64,000 bases of DNA from Chrysomallon squamiferum (lineage: Eukaryota > Animalia > Mollusca), in assembly GCA_012295275.1 (NCBI GenBank), contig CM022676.1, forward strand, positions 3,782,001 to 3,846,000. Direction: 5' to 3'. Under the pieces are notes generated by a model. The model was not told the DNA's origin. It did no database searches and worked only from the letters and a program-made list of their open reading frames with translations. Position 1 is the stretch's first letter; the number at the start of each line of letters is the position of its first letter. The position numbers and the translations under genes are program-made. Positions 14,316-32,798 of the stretch are shown here, one piece after another.

Positions 14316-14726
14316 TGAAATTTGTACGAAGTTAATGTGCAAATAGAATTAACGTAAGTAACGTATTTAACATACTGTAAATAGATTGAACATATTTAAT
14401 ATATTTAACATTCTGTGAAATTTCTACGAAGGTAATTTGCAAGTAGATTTAACGTAAGTGATACATTTAACATTCTGTGAAAGTTATGTTTACGTAGATT
14501 TAATTCAAGTAATATAGTATGTAACATACAGAGAACATTTTTGCGAAAGTATTGTTCAAGTAGATTTAACGTGACTAATACACTGATAACACTGTGAAAT
14601 CTTACTAGCTTAATGTATAAGTATCGTTAACATAAGTAATATACGTAAACGTAACATACAGTGAAATTTCTATGAAGATAATGTGTAAACCGATTTAGCG
14701 TAAAAAATATATTTATCACTTTGTGA
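14316..14726 (+). repeat. Degenerate ~60-bp minisatellite (~7 units) upstream of copy 3; related arrays at ~21135-21560, ~27505-27950, ~33715-34160
   Basis: Recurring unit tgaaatttctacgaagttaatgtgtaagtagatttaacgtaagtaatatatttaacatactg. Confidence 0.75.
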
Positions 14727-15060
14727 TGATATTATGTATAAAAAACTGAGATTTAGGTCAGTTCGATACATATAAATAAACACACGTAAGATAAATAATT
14801 TATGTACCAGAGACTGAGAAATTTCTACGAGGTTAACAAGCAAGCATACGTATATTCACATACACACACACACACACAAATGAATCCATTTCAGTGGACA
14901 TTTTTATTTTATTTTTTTATTTATTTTTTTTATTTTTTTAATATGAAGGAAAAGAAAGAAAAGGAAAAAAGAAGAAACATATTTTTTTAAAACAGAATAA
15001 CTAACACGCAAAGTCTGGAAGATTTGTTTTAAACAATTGAAGATTTCACAAGTGAAAATT

Positions 15061-18721
<3,661 letters not shown>

Positions 18722-19188
18722 CTCTTATGTTAAACGTTGACGAAACCTTTAGTTAAAGACTGACGTCATACTAATTTGTTACATCATGAAATCTGTAAAC
18801 TTTTTGTTTGAAGTCAGATTAATGTTTTAAATGTTGACGTCATTACGTTGTGCTATAAATCATTTGTTAAATTGTGACGTCATTTTATTGTTCTAATTTG
18901 AAATGCAATGTATGTAGATTGTTCTGCGAAACACTACCTCAGACAAAGTGATCAGTTAATGCAAAATATATGTTTAGGATTTTAATAACATCTTTTACTT
19001 ACTTTCTTTATTATGAATAGAATAGAAAACTTAAATGACTTAATAATAGCTCTCTATTTGTTGTGTAAATACTGTTAATGGAAAAACTTAGTAATCTGTC
19101 ATGTATTATACACATTATATTATACTTTATAAAGTAATCCTACAGTTTATGAGAATAAATTATTTTATCATTGTCATTATTTGTCTTT

Positions 19189-19239
<51 letters not shown>

Positions 19240-19910
19240 TATTTTTTAACAAATAAAACAAAAATATTATTTGTCATAAAAAAATCAGTTTATTTGTCGA
19301 CAAATATAAATTAATTGATAGGAACAAATATTTTATTCAGTCGTAATAAAAATAATTTTGCTGGTTGTAAACAAAAAATGCTTATGAGCAGTATTCAGCA
19401 AATGACATTACCCAAGTCTTCATGTTTTTATACCTTTCACATCACCTGACTATAGATTAGCTATTTATAGTAACACCGGCTGAAGAGTTTCATAAAATCC
19501 GTTACACTTCTTCCCGTTTTATTACCTACAATGTAGCGATGACATTTTTTTACTTAGAGTAATACACATTTAACATCGATGAACTTTTGTGAAAATATTT
19601 GCTGCTGTCTGTAACTCTGATTCAATAAATATTGATTATTGGACAGAAATCACGACGTCATGGATTAGCATTGTTCTCAGTTCATTTCCTGTTTCCTTAT
19701 CTTTCTGTTATATAATTCCTGAATATGTCTTTGATGATTAAACGTTTATGACATCATCATTCAGGAATCGGTAAATCAATGTGTGAAAAAAGAAATTAAA
19801 AAAAAAAAAAGAAGAAAAATGTAGATAGTAAAACGATATCCGTAAAAAGACATTGTTGTGAAGTATACGTGATTATATAAACAATTTACATTGTAATTTA
19901 TTTATTTATT

Positions 19911-19963
<53 letters not shown>

Positions 19964-22044
19964 CATAAATTTGTATTTATTTAGATCCCATTGTCACATT
20001 ACCAAAATAAGTTTCTTGTTAATAATTATTTTTGAATTAATGTTATTATCGCAGTCTTGCAAATAAGAAGGAAAATAAGTAATATATATATATTTTATAA
20101 TATTAATAAAATCAATAATAAATAAATAAAGAAAGAACGAATGAAAGAAAGCAAGCAAGAAAGAAACAACAACAATATCCGTACCGTATCAATAATAATA
20201 ATAATAATAATAATGGAAAATGGAGAAATTTTATGAACTCTCTGAACATATAAATGAAGATAACTTCATAATGAAGGTAGTCTTTACTTGTTTTTCTTGA
20301 AAATAATCACCATTTCAAGGAGAACGATTTTACTAAAATATCTGCTATGAAGCAGAAAGCAAACAATGAGCAAAATAAATAATTAATGTATATTTTTTCT
20401 TAATTACTACGAAATTATTGATTAATTGCAAATCTATTTGTATCATAGAACAACGAACTCACACTCGTCATCTGTCCTAATTAGTAATCATGATTTTACT
20501 ACAATACGATAATAATTAAACAGAATAAATAAACAAGATAATTTTGTTATTTTTGGAATTTATTTATATATTTATTTATTTGTTTGTTTTTATATTTATT
20601 AATATAGATAACATAACCAGTTTGTTTCTTTGGTAACACAAACAGCTAATTTCTTTGGTAACATAAATAATACGTTTTGTGTAAATGCTGACAACATAAA
20701 CAAAACAAATTTTCTGCGTTAAACGAGACTAACCACAAAGAACAGATGTTCAGTAAGTGCAAAGAGCATACAAAAAAATTGGTCTATTGATATATTGTTC
20801 AATTACAGGAAACGTTCTAGTACAATTACTTAAGATCAAAGCAGATTATGATCGTTGTATTGTAAACTGAGTCATTTCTCATTGGTTGATTCATTCAAAT
20901 AAACCGTTTAACACGTGGTATGTTTGTGATCAAAGAATCGATCTAAAATTAATTTTCTAATTAATACGAAACAGCGGAGACTGATTCAATCTAAATTTGA
21001 GTTTATGATTAAACTGACTCTGATCCTGATTACTTGTAAAGAAAGAATCTGCAAACATAGCACCAAAGATCCTCTCTTTCTGGAAGATTATAATCTTTGG
21101 AGAAACTGACTGATGTACTCAACGTTATTTATCATAAATTTCTACGAAGTTGATTTGTAACTACATTTGACGTAAGTTATATACGTAACATTATTTTAAA
21201 CTTCTGCGAGGTTAGTGTTTAAGTAGTTTTAACGAAAGCATTATATTTAACATACTGTGCAATTTCAGGCAAGTTAATTTTTGGTCTATCCATCTATATA
21301 TCTATATATGTATATAATGTACATATGTATACATATATTGTTGTACACATAACAACATGCAGTGAATTTTCTACGAAGTTAATGGTTAAGTAGATTTAAG
21401 GTAAGTCATATATTTCTGAAATTTCTATAATGTCAATGTTTAAGTAGATTCAACACGAGTAATATATTTAGTGTACAGTGCAATTTCTGCGAAATTAATT
21501 TGTAAGTAGATTTGGCATAAGTAATATATTTATCACATTGAGTAATTTTTCCGAGGTTAATAAACATAGAAAACAAGTAATATTATGTATAACAAACTAA
21601 CATTCAGTTCAATTCGATATATTTAAATAAACACACGTAGGATAAATAATTTATATAACAGACATTGAGAAATTTCTACGAGGTTAACATCCAAAGGAGA
21701 GACGGATATATGTCAAGTTTCAAATGATATTTCACTGGATGAAATTCAGTTAAACAAATAAGTGCAGTGTTTTTAATTGTATAATTTAAGTATTGTGCAT
21801 AGCTGATTGTCTGTTTCTCTAAATTAGGTTATTAGACAAAATTACAAGTAATATGTTCATACACACATACACGCACACACTCACATACGAATCTATTTCA
21901 GAATTTTTTTTTTTAATTTTTTTTTTATTATTTGTACTGTTTTATTATATATATATGAAGGAAAAAGAAGAAACAGATCTTTTTTGGAGCAAAATAACTA
22001 ACCGGAAGATTTGTTTTGATCACGACAAGATTTGGGAAGTGAAA

Positions 22045-23373
22045 ATGATGGCCGTTATTTTCTTCTGTTTTCTGTTTGCAACTACTGTCACAGGTAAGAA
22101 TATTAGCTTTTTTCATAAACGTGTATTTGTTGTTTGTTATTATATACACTGATGAACTATTGTATTTTATAAGTGGATAGTAAAATAGTAAAACACACAA
22201 TTATTTTCTTAACTTATATTACGTATTTCATGTTTGTTGTTAATATTATAGGCAAATATATTGAATATTTCAACAAAAATATATTATCTAATTTTGCTCG
22301 TTGTTATATCTGCAGGCACAATGAAGTATTGAATGTTGATTTTTTATATATTTTAGTTTCCTTCCTTTGTTTCTTTGTTGTCAGTGTTATATATTCAGTA
22401 ATAATATCATGCAATTTCAACAAGGTTTTTATTTCATTTGTTATATCATATTAAATTATATTCAGATAAAAATATTATATAATAGAGACAGAAAAGGATG
22501 AAGACAAGTAAAAAAACAAATACAAAAGCAAGCGATTAAAATAAATAAATAAATTACATAGAGCACAAAAAAAAGAAACACAAAAACCATCTAAAAATAT
22601 AGAAAAAAATAAACAAAACAAAACAAAAACAAAACCAAAACAAAACAAAGTAAAACATAACCAAAACCTGGAAACAAAGACTAACAAATATTTGTACTAA
22701 TGTTCAAAGGATGTCTAGGAAAGGACAACAGTAGTTTTTCTTATAAGCAGCTGACAGAGTTTTATTAGAAAAATAATCGTCAAAGAGAATCGTTAAAGAA
22801 AAGAAAGGAAAAAGCCGTTGTCCAGTGAGAAAAGACAGATGACGTGTTAGATCAAACCGTAGAAGACAATAATCAATGAAAATACAGCTGTACTTTCAGA
22901 GTGGTTCATCATATTTCTTCTTTTAGATATACCAATCAATTTGACATTAAACTGGTCAATCATTGTCTATTCTGGAATTTACTCAGAACCAATGACACAA
23001 GAACACATCTTTTTATTTGCAAAGACGGAAATAAAATGGAAAGCATCATTACAAACTTGTGTTACCGAAAAATCTATAAGTCTATCAGTATCTGTCTTTT
23101 TGTGTCCCTCTGGATATCTGTATCTATGAACACGACTAACCACCAATCATTCTAGGCAAATTTTCACTCAGTAACTAACCCTTTTTTGAAATTCGAATCT
23201 AATATTAAACATATACACACATATATATATAAGTGGCATAAGAGGTGATACATGGCTCTATTAATACTATTACTACCAGCGCTACTACTGCTGCTATTTT
23301 GCTATTAATGCTATTCTTCATCATTTTTTTCTTTATCTTCTTCTTCTTCTTCTTCTACTACTACTAGTATTTG

Positions 23374-23447
<74 letters not shown>

Positions 23448-23449
23448 TT

Positions 23450-23511
<62 letters not shown>

Positions 23512-23803
23512 AGGGATTGAAAATCTTGCGAAAGGTAAATACGCAGAACAAAGTTCAACAGCTGGAGATGCTGTTGCCTCGAGAGCCGTGGACGGAAACA
23601 CAAACCCCTATTTAGACGGCGGATCTTGTTCCTCAACTCTCTTTAGTATGGGATTCTGGTGGCAAGTGAATCTAGGTCGTGTTTATTCTATACAACGAGT
23701 AATAGTAACAACGAGTAGAGATGGTAAGTTTTAATTTGTTTCTTTAATTCCAAAAGAACTACGTGCTACTATACTACAACTACTACTACTACTACTATCA
23801 CTA

Positions 23804-23850
<47 letters not shown>

Positions 23851-24804
23851 GTTGTTATAACACTACTACTACTGGAAATATTGCTACTGATATTAAAATT
23901 AGCACTGTTATTGCTACTAGTACTGGTAATGGTATTACTAATGCTACTGCTACTAGTACTCCTAGTACTACTCATACTACTACCAGTATTGGTACAGGCC
24001 TATACTACTGCTACTACTATAACTACTTAACTGTTATTATTCATTATTTATTACTTTTAATGGCAGAACAGAAAGTTCTTATTAAAATATTTTTCCTCTT
24101 CTTATTTTTAGGACCTCAGCTGTCTAACATGTACGTAGGGTTGTCACTGCGGATTGGAAGCACAATCGTCTTTCAGTACCGTGGTTTAGCAAGTCGTGTT
24201 GGTGACGTTGTGCGCATCGTCTACCCTGGTGGAATCAGGGCAGAATACGTCTACATAGACAACGGTAGAGAAGCAGAAACGAATCTCACTTTATGCGAGG
24301 TTGAGGTTGACGGAGCAGACGAACGTACGTGTATTAGAATTGTTTCTCTCCGTGTTGTATGCGTTAGTTTATATTGTATGTATGTATGTATGTATGTATG
24401 TATGTATGTATGTATGTATGTATGTATGTATGCATGTATGTATGTGTGTATGTAGGTATGTATGTATGTATGTGTCATGTATGACTGACTTTACATATCT
24501 ATGCATTTTAGGATTTTAGTATTCTCTGTCGTATGTGCGTCTGATTAGACACTGCACATAGACAGTATTCAGGAACGTACTGGCGTAAACTCTGTCAGAT
24601 GCGGTTGTCGAGACTCGAACGTATGACACTCATTCACCCGCACTCTGAAGGCGAACGACGTTACCGTGGGTGATCATTGATTCCCACGAAGAACGCCGTT
24701 CTTTTTGTCTTTCGTCATTTTTACTTCGGAGAAAAAAAAATCCAATCACGACGTCATAAATCGTGATCGGCCATCAAGACGACCATCTGTCTGTTGTTTC
24801 TCTA

Positions 24805-24860
<56 letters not shown>

Positions 24861-25079
24861 TTTACAGAATACTTTCACCTGGATAACAGACGGGGTGCGT
24901 CACTGAAGATATTACGTCATCAAACGAGAAGTCAACTGGAATGTGCTCAGTCGTGTCTCTCAAAGGAAATATGTTTCTCATTCCTCTGGAGTAAGACCAC
25001 TAAAGAATGTTTGCTATACTCCGACAAACCTACAGATACGTCAGTCACTGACAACTTCGTAGGTTTTGTATCAGAATGA
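22045..25079 (+). CDS. Copy 4: secreted F-type lectin-like + PAN/Apple protein, near-identical body to copy 3
   Basis: Exons 22045/22048-22093 (MMAVIFFCFLFATTVT), 23514-23723, 24112-24324, 24868-25079; open frame. Confidence 0.9.
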
Positions 25080-25530
25080 CTCTTATGTTAAACGTTGACG
25101 AAACCTTTAGTTAAAGACTGACGTCATACTAATTTGTTACATCATGAAATCTGTAAACTTTTGGTTTGAAGTCAGATTAATGTTTTAAATGTTGACGTCA
25201 TTACGTTGTGCTATAAATCATTTGTTAAATTGTGACGTCATTTTATTGTTCTAATTTGAAATGCAATGTATGTAGATTGTTCTGCGAAACACTACCTCAG
25301 ACAAAGTGATCAGTTAATGCAAAACATATGTTTAGGATTTTAATAACATCCTTTACTTACTTTCTTTATTATGAATAGAATAGAAAACTTAAATGACTTA
25401 ATAATAGCTCTCTATTTGTTGTGTAAATACTGTTAATCTGTCATGTATTATACACATTATATTATACTTTATAAAGTAATCCTACAGTTTATGAGAATAA
25501 ATTATTTTATCATTGTCATTATTTGTCTTT

Positions 25531-25581
<51 letters not shown>

Positions 25582-26239
25582 TATTTTTTAACAAATAAAA
25601 CAAAAATATTATTTGTCATAAAAAATCATTTTATTTGTCGACAAATATAAATTAATTGATAGGAACAAATATTTTATTCAGTCGTAATAAAAATAATTTT
25701 GCTGGTTGTAAAAAAAAAATGCTTATGAGCAGTATTCAGCAAATGACATTACCCAAGTCTTCATGTTTTTATACGTTTTACATCACGTGACTACAGTTTA
25801 GCTATTTATAGTAACACCGGCTGAAGAGTTTCATAAAATCCGTTACACTTCTTCCCGTTTTATTACCTACAATGTAGCGATGACATTTTTTTACTTAGAG
25901 TAATACACATTTAACATCGATGAACTTTTGTGAAAATATTTGCTGCTGTCTGTAACTCTGATTCAATAAATATTGATTATTGGACAGAAATCACGACGTC
26001 ATGGATTAGCATTGTTCTCAGTTCATTTCCTGTTTCCTTATCTTTCTGGTTATATAATTCCTGAATACGTCTATGATGATTAAACGTTTATGACATCATC
26101 ATTCAGGAATCGGTAAATCAATGTGTGAAAAAAGAAATTAAAAAAAAAAAAAAAAGAAAAATGTAGATAGTAAAACGATATCCGTAAAAAGACATTGTTG
26201 TGAAGTATACGTGATTATATAAACAATTTACATTGTAAT

Positions 26240-26322
<83 letters not shown>

Positions 26323-26544
26323 CATAAATTTGTATTTATTTAGATCCCATTGTCACATTACCAAAATAAGTTTCTTGTTAATAATTATTTTTGAATTAAT
26401 GTTATTATCGCAGTCTTGCAAATAAGAAGGAAAATAAGTAATATATATATATTTTATAATATTAATAAAATCAATAATAAATAAATAAAGAAAGAACGAA
26501 AGAAAGAAAGCAAGCAAGAAAAAAACAACAACAATATCCGTATC

Positions 26545-26587
<43 letters not shown>

Positions 26588-28430
26588 GAAAATGGAGAAA
26601 TTTTATGAACTCTCTGAACATATAAATGAAGATAACTTCATAATGACGGTATTCTTTACTTGTTTTTCTTGAAAATAATCACCATTTCAAGGAGAACGAT
26701 TTTACTAACATATCTGTTATGAACCAGAAAGCAAACAATGAGCAAAATAAATAATTAATGTATATTTTTTCTTAATTACTACGAAATTATTGATTAATTG
26801 CAAATCTATTTGTATCATAGAACAACGAACTCACACTCGTCATCTGTCCTAATTAGTAATCATGATTTTACTACAATACGATAATAATTAAACAGAATAA
26901 ATAAACAAGATAATTTTGTTATTTTTGGAATTTATTTATATATTTATTTATTTGTTTGTTTTTATATTTATTAATATAGATAACATAACCAGTTTGTTTC
27001 TTTGGTAACACAAACAGCTAATTTCTTTGGTAACATAAATAATACGTTTTGTGTAAATGCTGACAACATAAACAAAACAAATTTTCTGCGTTAAACGAGA
27101 CTAACCACAAAGAACAGTTGTTCAGTAAGTGCAAAGAGCATACAAAAAAATTGGTCTATTGATATATTGTTCAATTACAGGAAACGTTCTAGTACAATTA
27201 CTTAAGATCAAAGCAGATTATGATCGTTGTATTGTAAACTGAGTCATTTCTCATTGGTTGATTCATTCAAATAAACCGTTTAACTCGTGGTATGTTTGTG
27301 ATCAAAGAATCGATCTAAAATTAATTTTCTAATTAATACGAAACAGCGGAGACTGATTCAGTCTAAATTTGAGTTTATGATTAAACTGACTCTGATCCTG
27401 ATTATTTGTAAAGAAAGAATCTGCAAACATAGCACCAAAGATCCTCTCTTTCTGGAAGATTATAATCTTTGGAGAAACTGACTGATGTACTCAACGTTAT
27501 TTATCATAAATTTCTACGAAGTTGATTTGTAACTACTTTTGACGTAAGTTATATATGTAACATTATGTTAAACTTCTGCGAGGTTAGTGTTTAAGAAGAT
27601 TTAACGAAAGTATTATATTTAACATACTGTGCAATTTCAAGCAAGTTAATGTGTAAGTAATGTTTTGGTCTCTTCATCTCTCTATCTATATATGTATATA
27701 ATGTATGTATGTATACATATATTGTTATATACATAACAACATCCATTGAATTTTCTACGAAGTTAATGTTTAAGTAGGTTTAAGGTAAGTCATATATTTC
27801 TGAAATTTCTATAATGTTAATGTTTAAATAGATTCAACATAAGTAATGTATATTTAATGTACAGTGAAATTTCTACGAAATTAATGTGTATGTAGACTTA
27901 ATAAAATAATATATTTATCACATTGTGAAATTTTTACGAGGTTAATAAACATAGAATACAAGTAATATTATGTATAACAAACTAACATTCAGTTCAATTC
28001 GATATATTTAAATAAACACACGTAGGATAAATAATTTATATAATTTATATATGAGAAATTTCTACGAGGTTAACATCCAAATGAGATACGGATATATGTC
28101 AAGTTTCAAATGATATTTCACTGGATGAAATTCAGTTAAACAAACAAGTGCAGTGTTTTTAATTGTATAATTTAAGTATTGTGCATAGCTGATTGTCTGT
28201 TTCTCTAAATTAGGTTATTAGACAAAATTACAAGTAATATGTTCATACACACATACACGCACACACTCACATATGAATCTATTTCAGAATTTATTTTTTT
28301 AATTTTTTGTTTATTATTTGTACTGTTTTATTATATATATATGAAGGAAAAAGAAGAAACAGATCTTTTTTGGAGCAAAATAACTAACTGGAAGATTTGT
28401 TTTGATCACGAGAAGATTTGGGAAGTGAAA

Positions 28431-29603
28431 ATGATGGCCGTTATTTTCTTCTGTTTTCTGTTTGTAACTACTGTCACAGGTAAGAATATTAGCTTTTTTC
28501 ATAAACGTGTATTTGTTGTTTGTTATTATATACACTGATGAACTATTGTATTTTATAAGTGGATGGTAAAATAGTAAAACACACAATTATTTTCTTAACT
28601 TATATTACGTATTTCATGTGTTATATATTCAGTAATAATATCATGCAATTTCAACAAGGTTTTTATTTCATTTGTTATATCATATTAAATTATATTCAGA
28701 TAAAAATATTATATAATAGAGACAGAAAAGGATGAAGACAAGTCAAAAAAACAAATACAAAAGCAAGCGATTAAAATAAATAAATAAATTACATAGAGCA
28801 CAAAAAAAGAAACACAAAAACCATCTAAAAATATAGAAAAAAATAAACAAAACAAAACAAAAACAAAACAAAAACAAAACAAAGTAAAACATAACCAAAA
28901 CCAGGAAACAAAGACTAACAAATATTTGTACTAATGTTCAAAGGATGTCTAGAAAAGGACAACAGTAGTTTTTTTATAAGCAGCTGACAGAGTTTTATTA
29001 GAAAAATAATCGTCAAAGAGAATCGTTAAAGAAAAGAAAGGAAAAAGCCGTTGTCCAGTGAGAAAAGACAGATGACGTGTTAGATCAAACCGTAGAAGAC
29101 AATAATCAATGAAAATACAGTTGTACTTTCAGAGTGGTTCATCATATTTCTTCTTTTAGATATACCAATCAATTTGACATTAAACTGGTCAATCATTGTC
29201 TATTCTGGAATTTACTCAGAACCAATGACACAAGAAGACATCTTTTTATTTGCAAACACGGAAATAAAATGGAAAGCATCATTACAAACTTGTGTTACCG
29301 AAAAATCTATAAGTCTATCAGTATCTGTCTTTTTGTGTCCCTCTGGATATCTGTATCTATGAACACGACTAACCACCAATCATTCTAGGCAAATTTTCAC
29401 TCAGTAACTAACCCTTTTTTGAAATTCGAATATAATATTAAACATATACACACATATATATATAAGTGGCATAAGAGGTGATACATGGCTCTATTAATAC
29501 TATTACTACCACTACTACTGCTGCTATTTTGCTATTAATGCTATTCTTCATCATTTTTTTCTTTATCGTCTTCTTCTTCTTCTTCTACTACTACTAGTAT
29601 TTG

Positions 29604-29671
<68 letters not shown>

Positions 29672-29679
29672 TTATTTTA

Positions 29680-29736
<57 letters not shown>

Positions 29737-30028
29737 AGGGATTGAAAATCTTGCGAAAGGTAAATACGCAGAACAAAGTTCAACAGCTGGAGATGCTGTT
29801 GCCTCGAGAGCCGTGGACGGAAACACAAACCCCTATTTAGACGGCGGATCTTGTTCCTCAACTCTCTTTAGTATGGGATTCTGGTGGCAAGTGAATCTAG
29901 GTCGTGTTTATTCTATACAACGAGTAATAGTAACAACGAGTAGAGATGGTAAGTTTTAATTTGTTTCTTTAATTTCAAAAGAACTACGTGCTACTATACT
30001 ACAACTACTACTACTACTACTATCACTA

Positions 30029-30078
<50 letters not shown>

Positions 30079-31042
30079 GTTGTTATAACACTACTACTAC
30101 TGGAAATATTGCTACTGATATTAAAATTAGCACTGTTATTGCTACTAGTACTGGTAATGGTATTACTAATGCTACTGCTACTAGTACTCCTAGTACTACT
30201 CATACTACTACCAGTATTGGTACAGGCCTATACTACTGCTACTACTATAACTACTTAACTGTTATTATTCATTATTTATTACTTTTAATGGCAGAACAGA
30301 AAGTTCTTATTAAAATATTTTTCCTCTTCTTATTTTTAGGACCTCAGCTGTCTAACATGTACGTAGGGTTGTCACTGCGGATTGGAAGCACAATCGTCTT
30401 TCAGTACCGTGGTTTAGCAAGTCGTATTGGTGACGTTGTGCGCATCGTCTACCCTGGTGGAATCAGGGCAGAATACGTCTACATAGACAACGGTAGAGAA
30501 GCAGAAACGAATCTCACTTTATGCGAGGTTGAGGTTAACGGAGCAGACGAACGTACGTGTATTAGAATTGTTTCTCTCCGTGTTGTATGCGTTAGTTTAT
30601 ATTGTATGTATGTATGTATGTATGTATGTATGTATGTATGTATGTATGTATGTATGTATGTATGTATGCATGTATGTATGTGTGTATGTAGGTATGTATG
30701 TATGTATGTGTCATGTATGACTGACTTTAGATATCTATGCATTTTAGGATTTTAGTATTCTCTGTCGTATGTGCGTCTGATTAGACACTACACATAGACA
30801 GTATTCAGGAACGTACTGGCGTAAACTCAGTCAGATGCGGTTGTCGAGACTCGAACGTATGACACTCATTCACCCGCACTCTGAAGGCGAACGACGTTAC
30901 CGTGGGTGATCATTGCTTCCCACGAAGAACGCCGTTCTTTTTGTCTTTCGTCATTTTTACTTCGGAGAAAACAAAATCCAATCACGACGTCATAAATCGT
31001 GATCGGCCATCAAGACGACCATCTGTCTGTTGTTTCTCTATA

Positions 31043-31093
<51 letters not shown>

Positions 31094-31314
31094 ATTTTAC
31101 AGAATACTTTCACCTGGACAACAAACGGGGTGCGTCACAGACGATATTACGTCATCAAACGAGAAGTCAACTGGAATGTGCTCAGTCGTGTCTCTCAAAG
31201 GAAATATGTTTCTCATTCCTCTGGAGTAAGACCACTAAAGAATGTTTGCTATACTCAGACAAACCTACAGATACGTCAGTCACTGACAACTTCGTAGGTT
31301 TTGTATCAGAATGA
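28431..31314 (+). CDS. Copy 5: secreted F-type lectin-like + PAN/Apple protein, near-identical to copy 4
   Basis: Exons 28431/28434-28479, 29739-29948, 30340-30552, 31103-31314; open frame. Confidence 0.9.
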
Positions 31315-31788
31315 CTCTTATGTTAAACGTTGACGAAACCTTTAGTTAAAGACTGACGTCATACTAATTTGTTACATCATGAAATCTGTAAACTTTTGGT
31401 TTGAAGTCAGATTAATGTTTTAAATGCTGACGTCATTACGTTGTGCTATAAATCATTTGTTAAATTGTGACGTCATTTTATTGTTCTAATTTGAAATGCA
31501 ATGTATGTAGATTGTTCTGCGAAACACTACCTCAGACAAAGTGATCAGTTAATGCAAAACATATGTTTAGGATTTTAATAACATCCTTTACTTACTTTCT
31601 TTATTATGAATAGAATAGAAAACTTAAATGACTTAATAATAGCTCTCTATTTGTTGTGTAAATACTGTTAATGGAAAAACTTAGTAATCTGTCATGTATT
31701 ATACACATTATATTATACTTTATAAAGTAATCTTACAGTTTATGAGAATAAATTATTTTATCATTGTCATTATTTGTCTTTTGTTTGG

Positions 31789-31824
<36 letters not shown>

Positions 31825-32474
31825 TATTTTTTAACAAATAAAACAAAAATATTATTTGTCATAAAAAATCAGTTTATTTGTCGACAAATATAAATTAATT
31901 GATAGGAACAAATATTTTATTCAGTCGTAATAAAAATAATTTTGCTGGTTGTAAAAAAAAAAATGCTTATGAGCAGTATTCATCAAATGACATTACCCAA
32001 GTCTTCATGTTTTTATACCTTTCACGTCACCTGACTATGGATTAGCTATTTATAGTAACACCGGCTGAAGAGTTTCATAAAATCCGTTACACTTCTTCCC
32101 GTTTTATTACCTACAATGTAGCGATGACACTTTTTTTACTTAGAGTAATACACATTTAACATCGATGAACTTTTGTGAAAATATTTGCTGCTGTCTGTAA
32201 CTCTGATTCAATAAATATTGATTATTGGACAGAAATCACGACGTCATGGATTAGCATTGTTCTCAGTTCATTTCCTGTTTCCTTATCTTTCTGGTTATTT
32301 AATTCCTGAATATGTCTTTGATGATTAAACGTTTATGACATCATCATTCAGGAATCGGTAAATCAATGTGTGAAAAAAGAAATTAAAAAAAAAAAGAAGA
32401 AGAAAAATGTAGATAGTAAAACGATATCCGTAATGATTATATAAACAATTTACATTGTAATTTATTTATTTATT

Positions 32475-32545
<71 letters not shown>

Positions 32546-32767
32546 CATAAATTTGTATTTATTTAGATCCCATTGTCACATTACCAAAATAAGTTTCTTG
32601 TTAATAATTATTTTTGAATTAATGTTATTATCGCAGTCTTGCAAATAAGAAGGAAAATAAGTAATATATATATATTTTATAATATTAATAAAATCAATAA
32701 TAAATAAATAAAGAAAGAACGAAAGAAAGAAAGCAAGCAAGAAAGAAACAACAACAATATCCGTATC

Positions 32768-32798
<31 letters not shown>

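Noticed and set aside
14316-14726. CRISPR-like regularly spaced repeats
   Set aside because: Units are contiguous degenerate tandem copies without unique spacers; the context is eukaryotic and intron-containing, with no cas genes.
21853-22152. 99-aa ORF repeated three times (also 28239-28538, 34450-34749) and neighbouring 62-93 aa ORFs
   Set aside because: Conservation reflects the recent triplication. Only the MMAVIFF...VTG part is a real exon; the rest is low-complexity UTR or intron.
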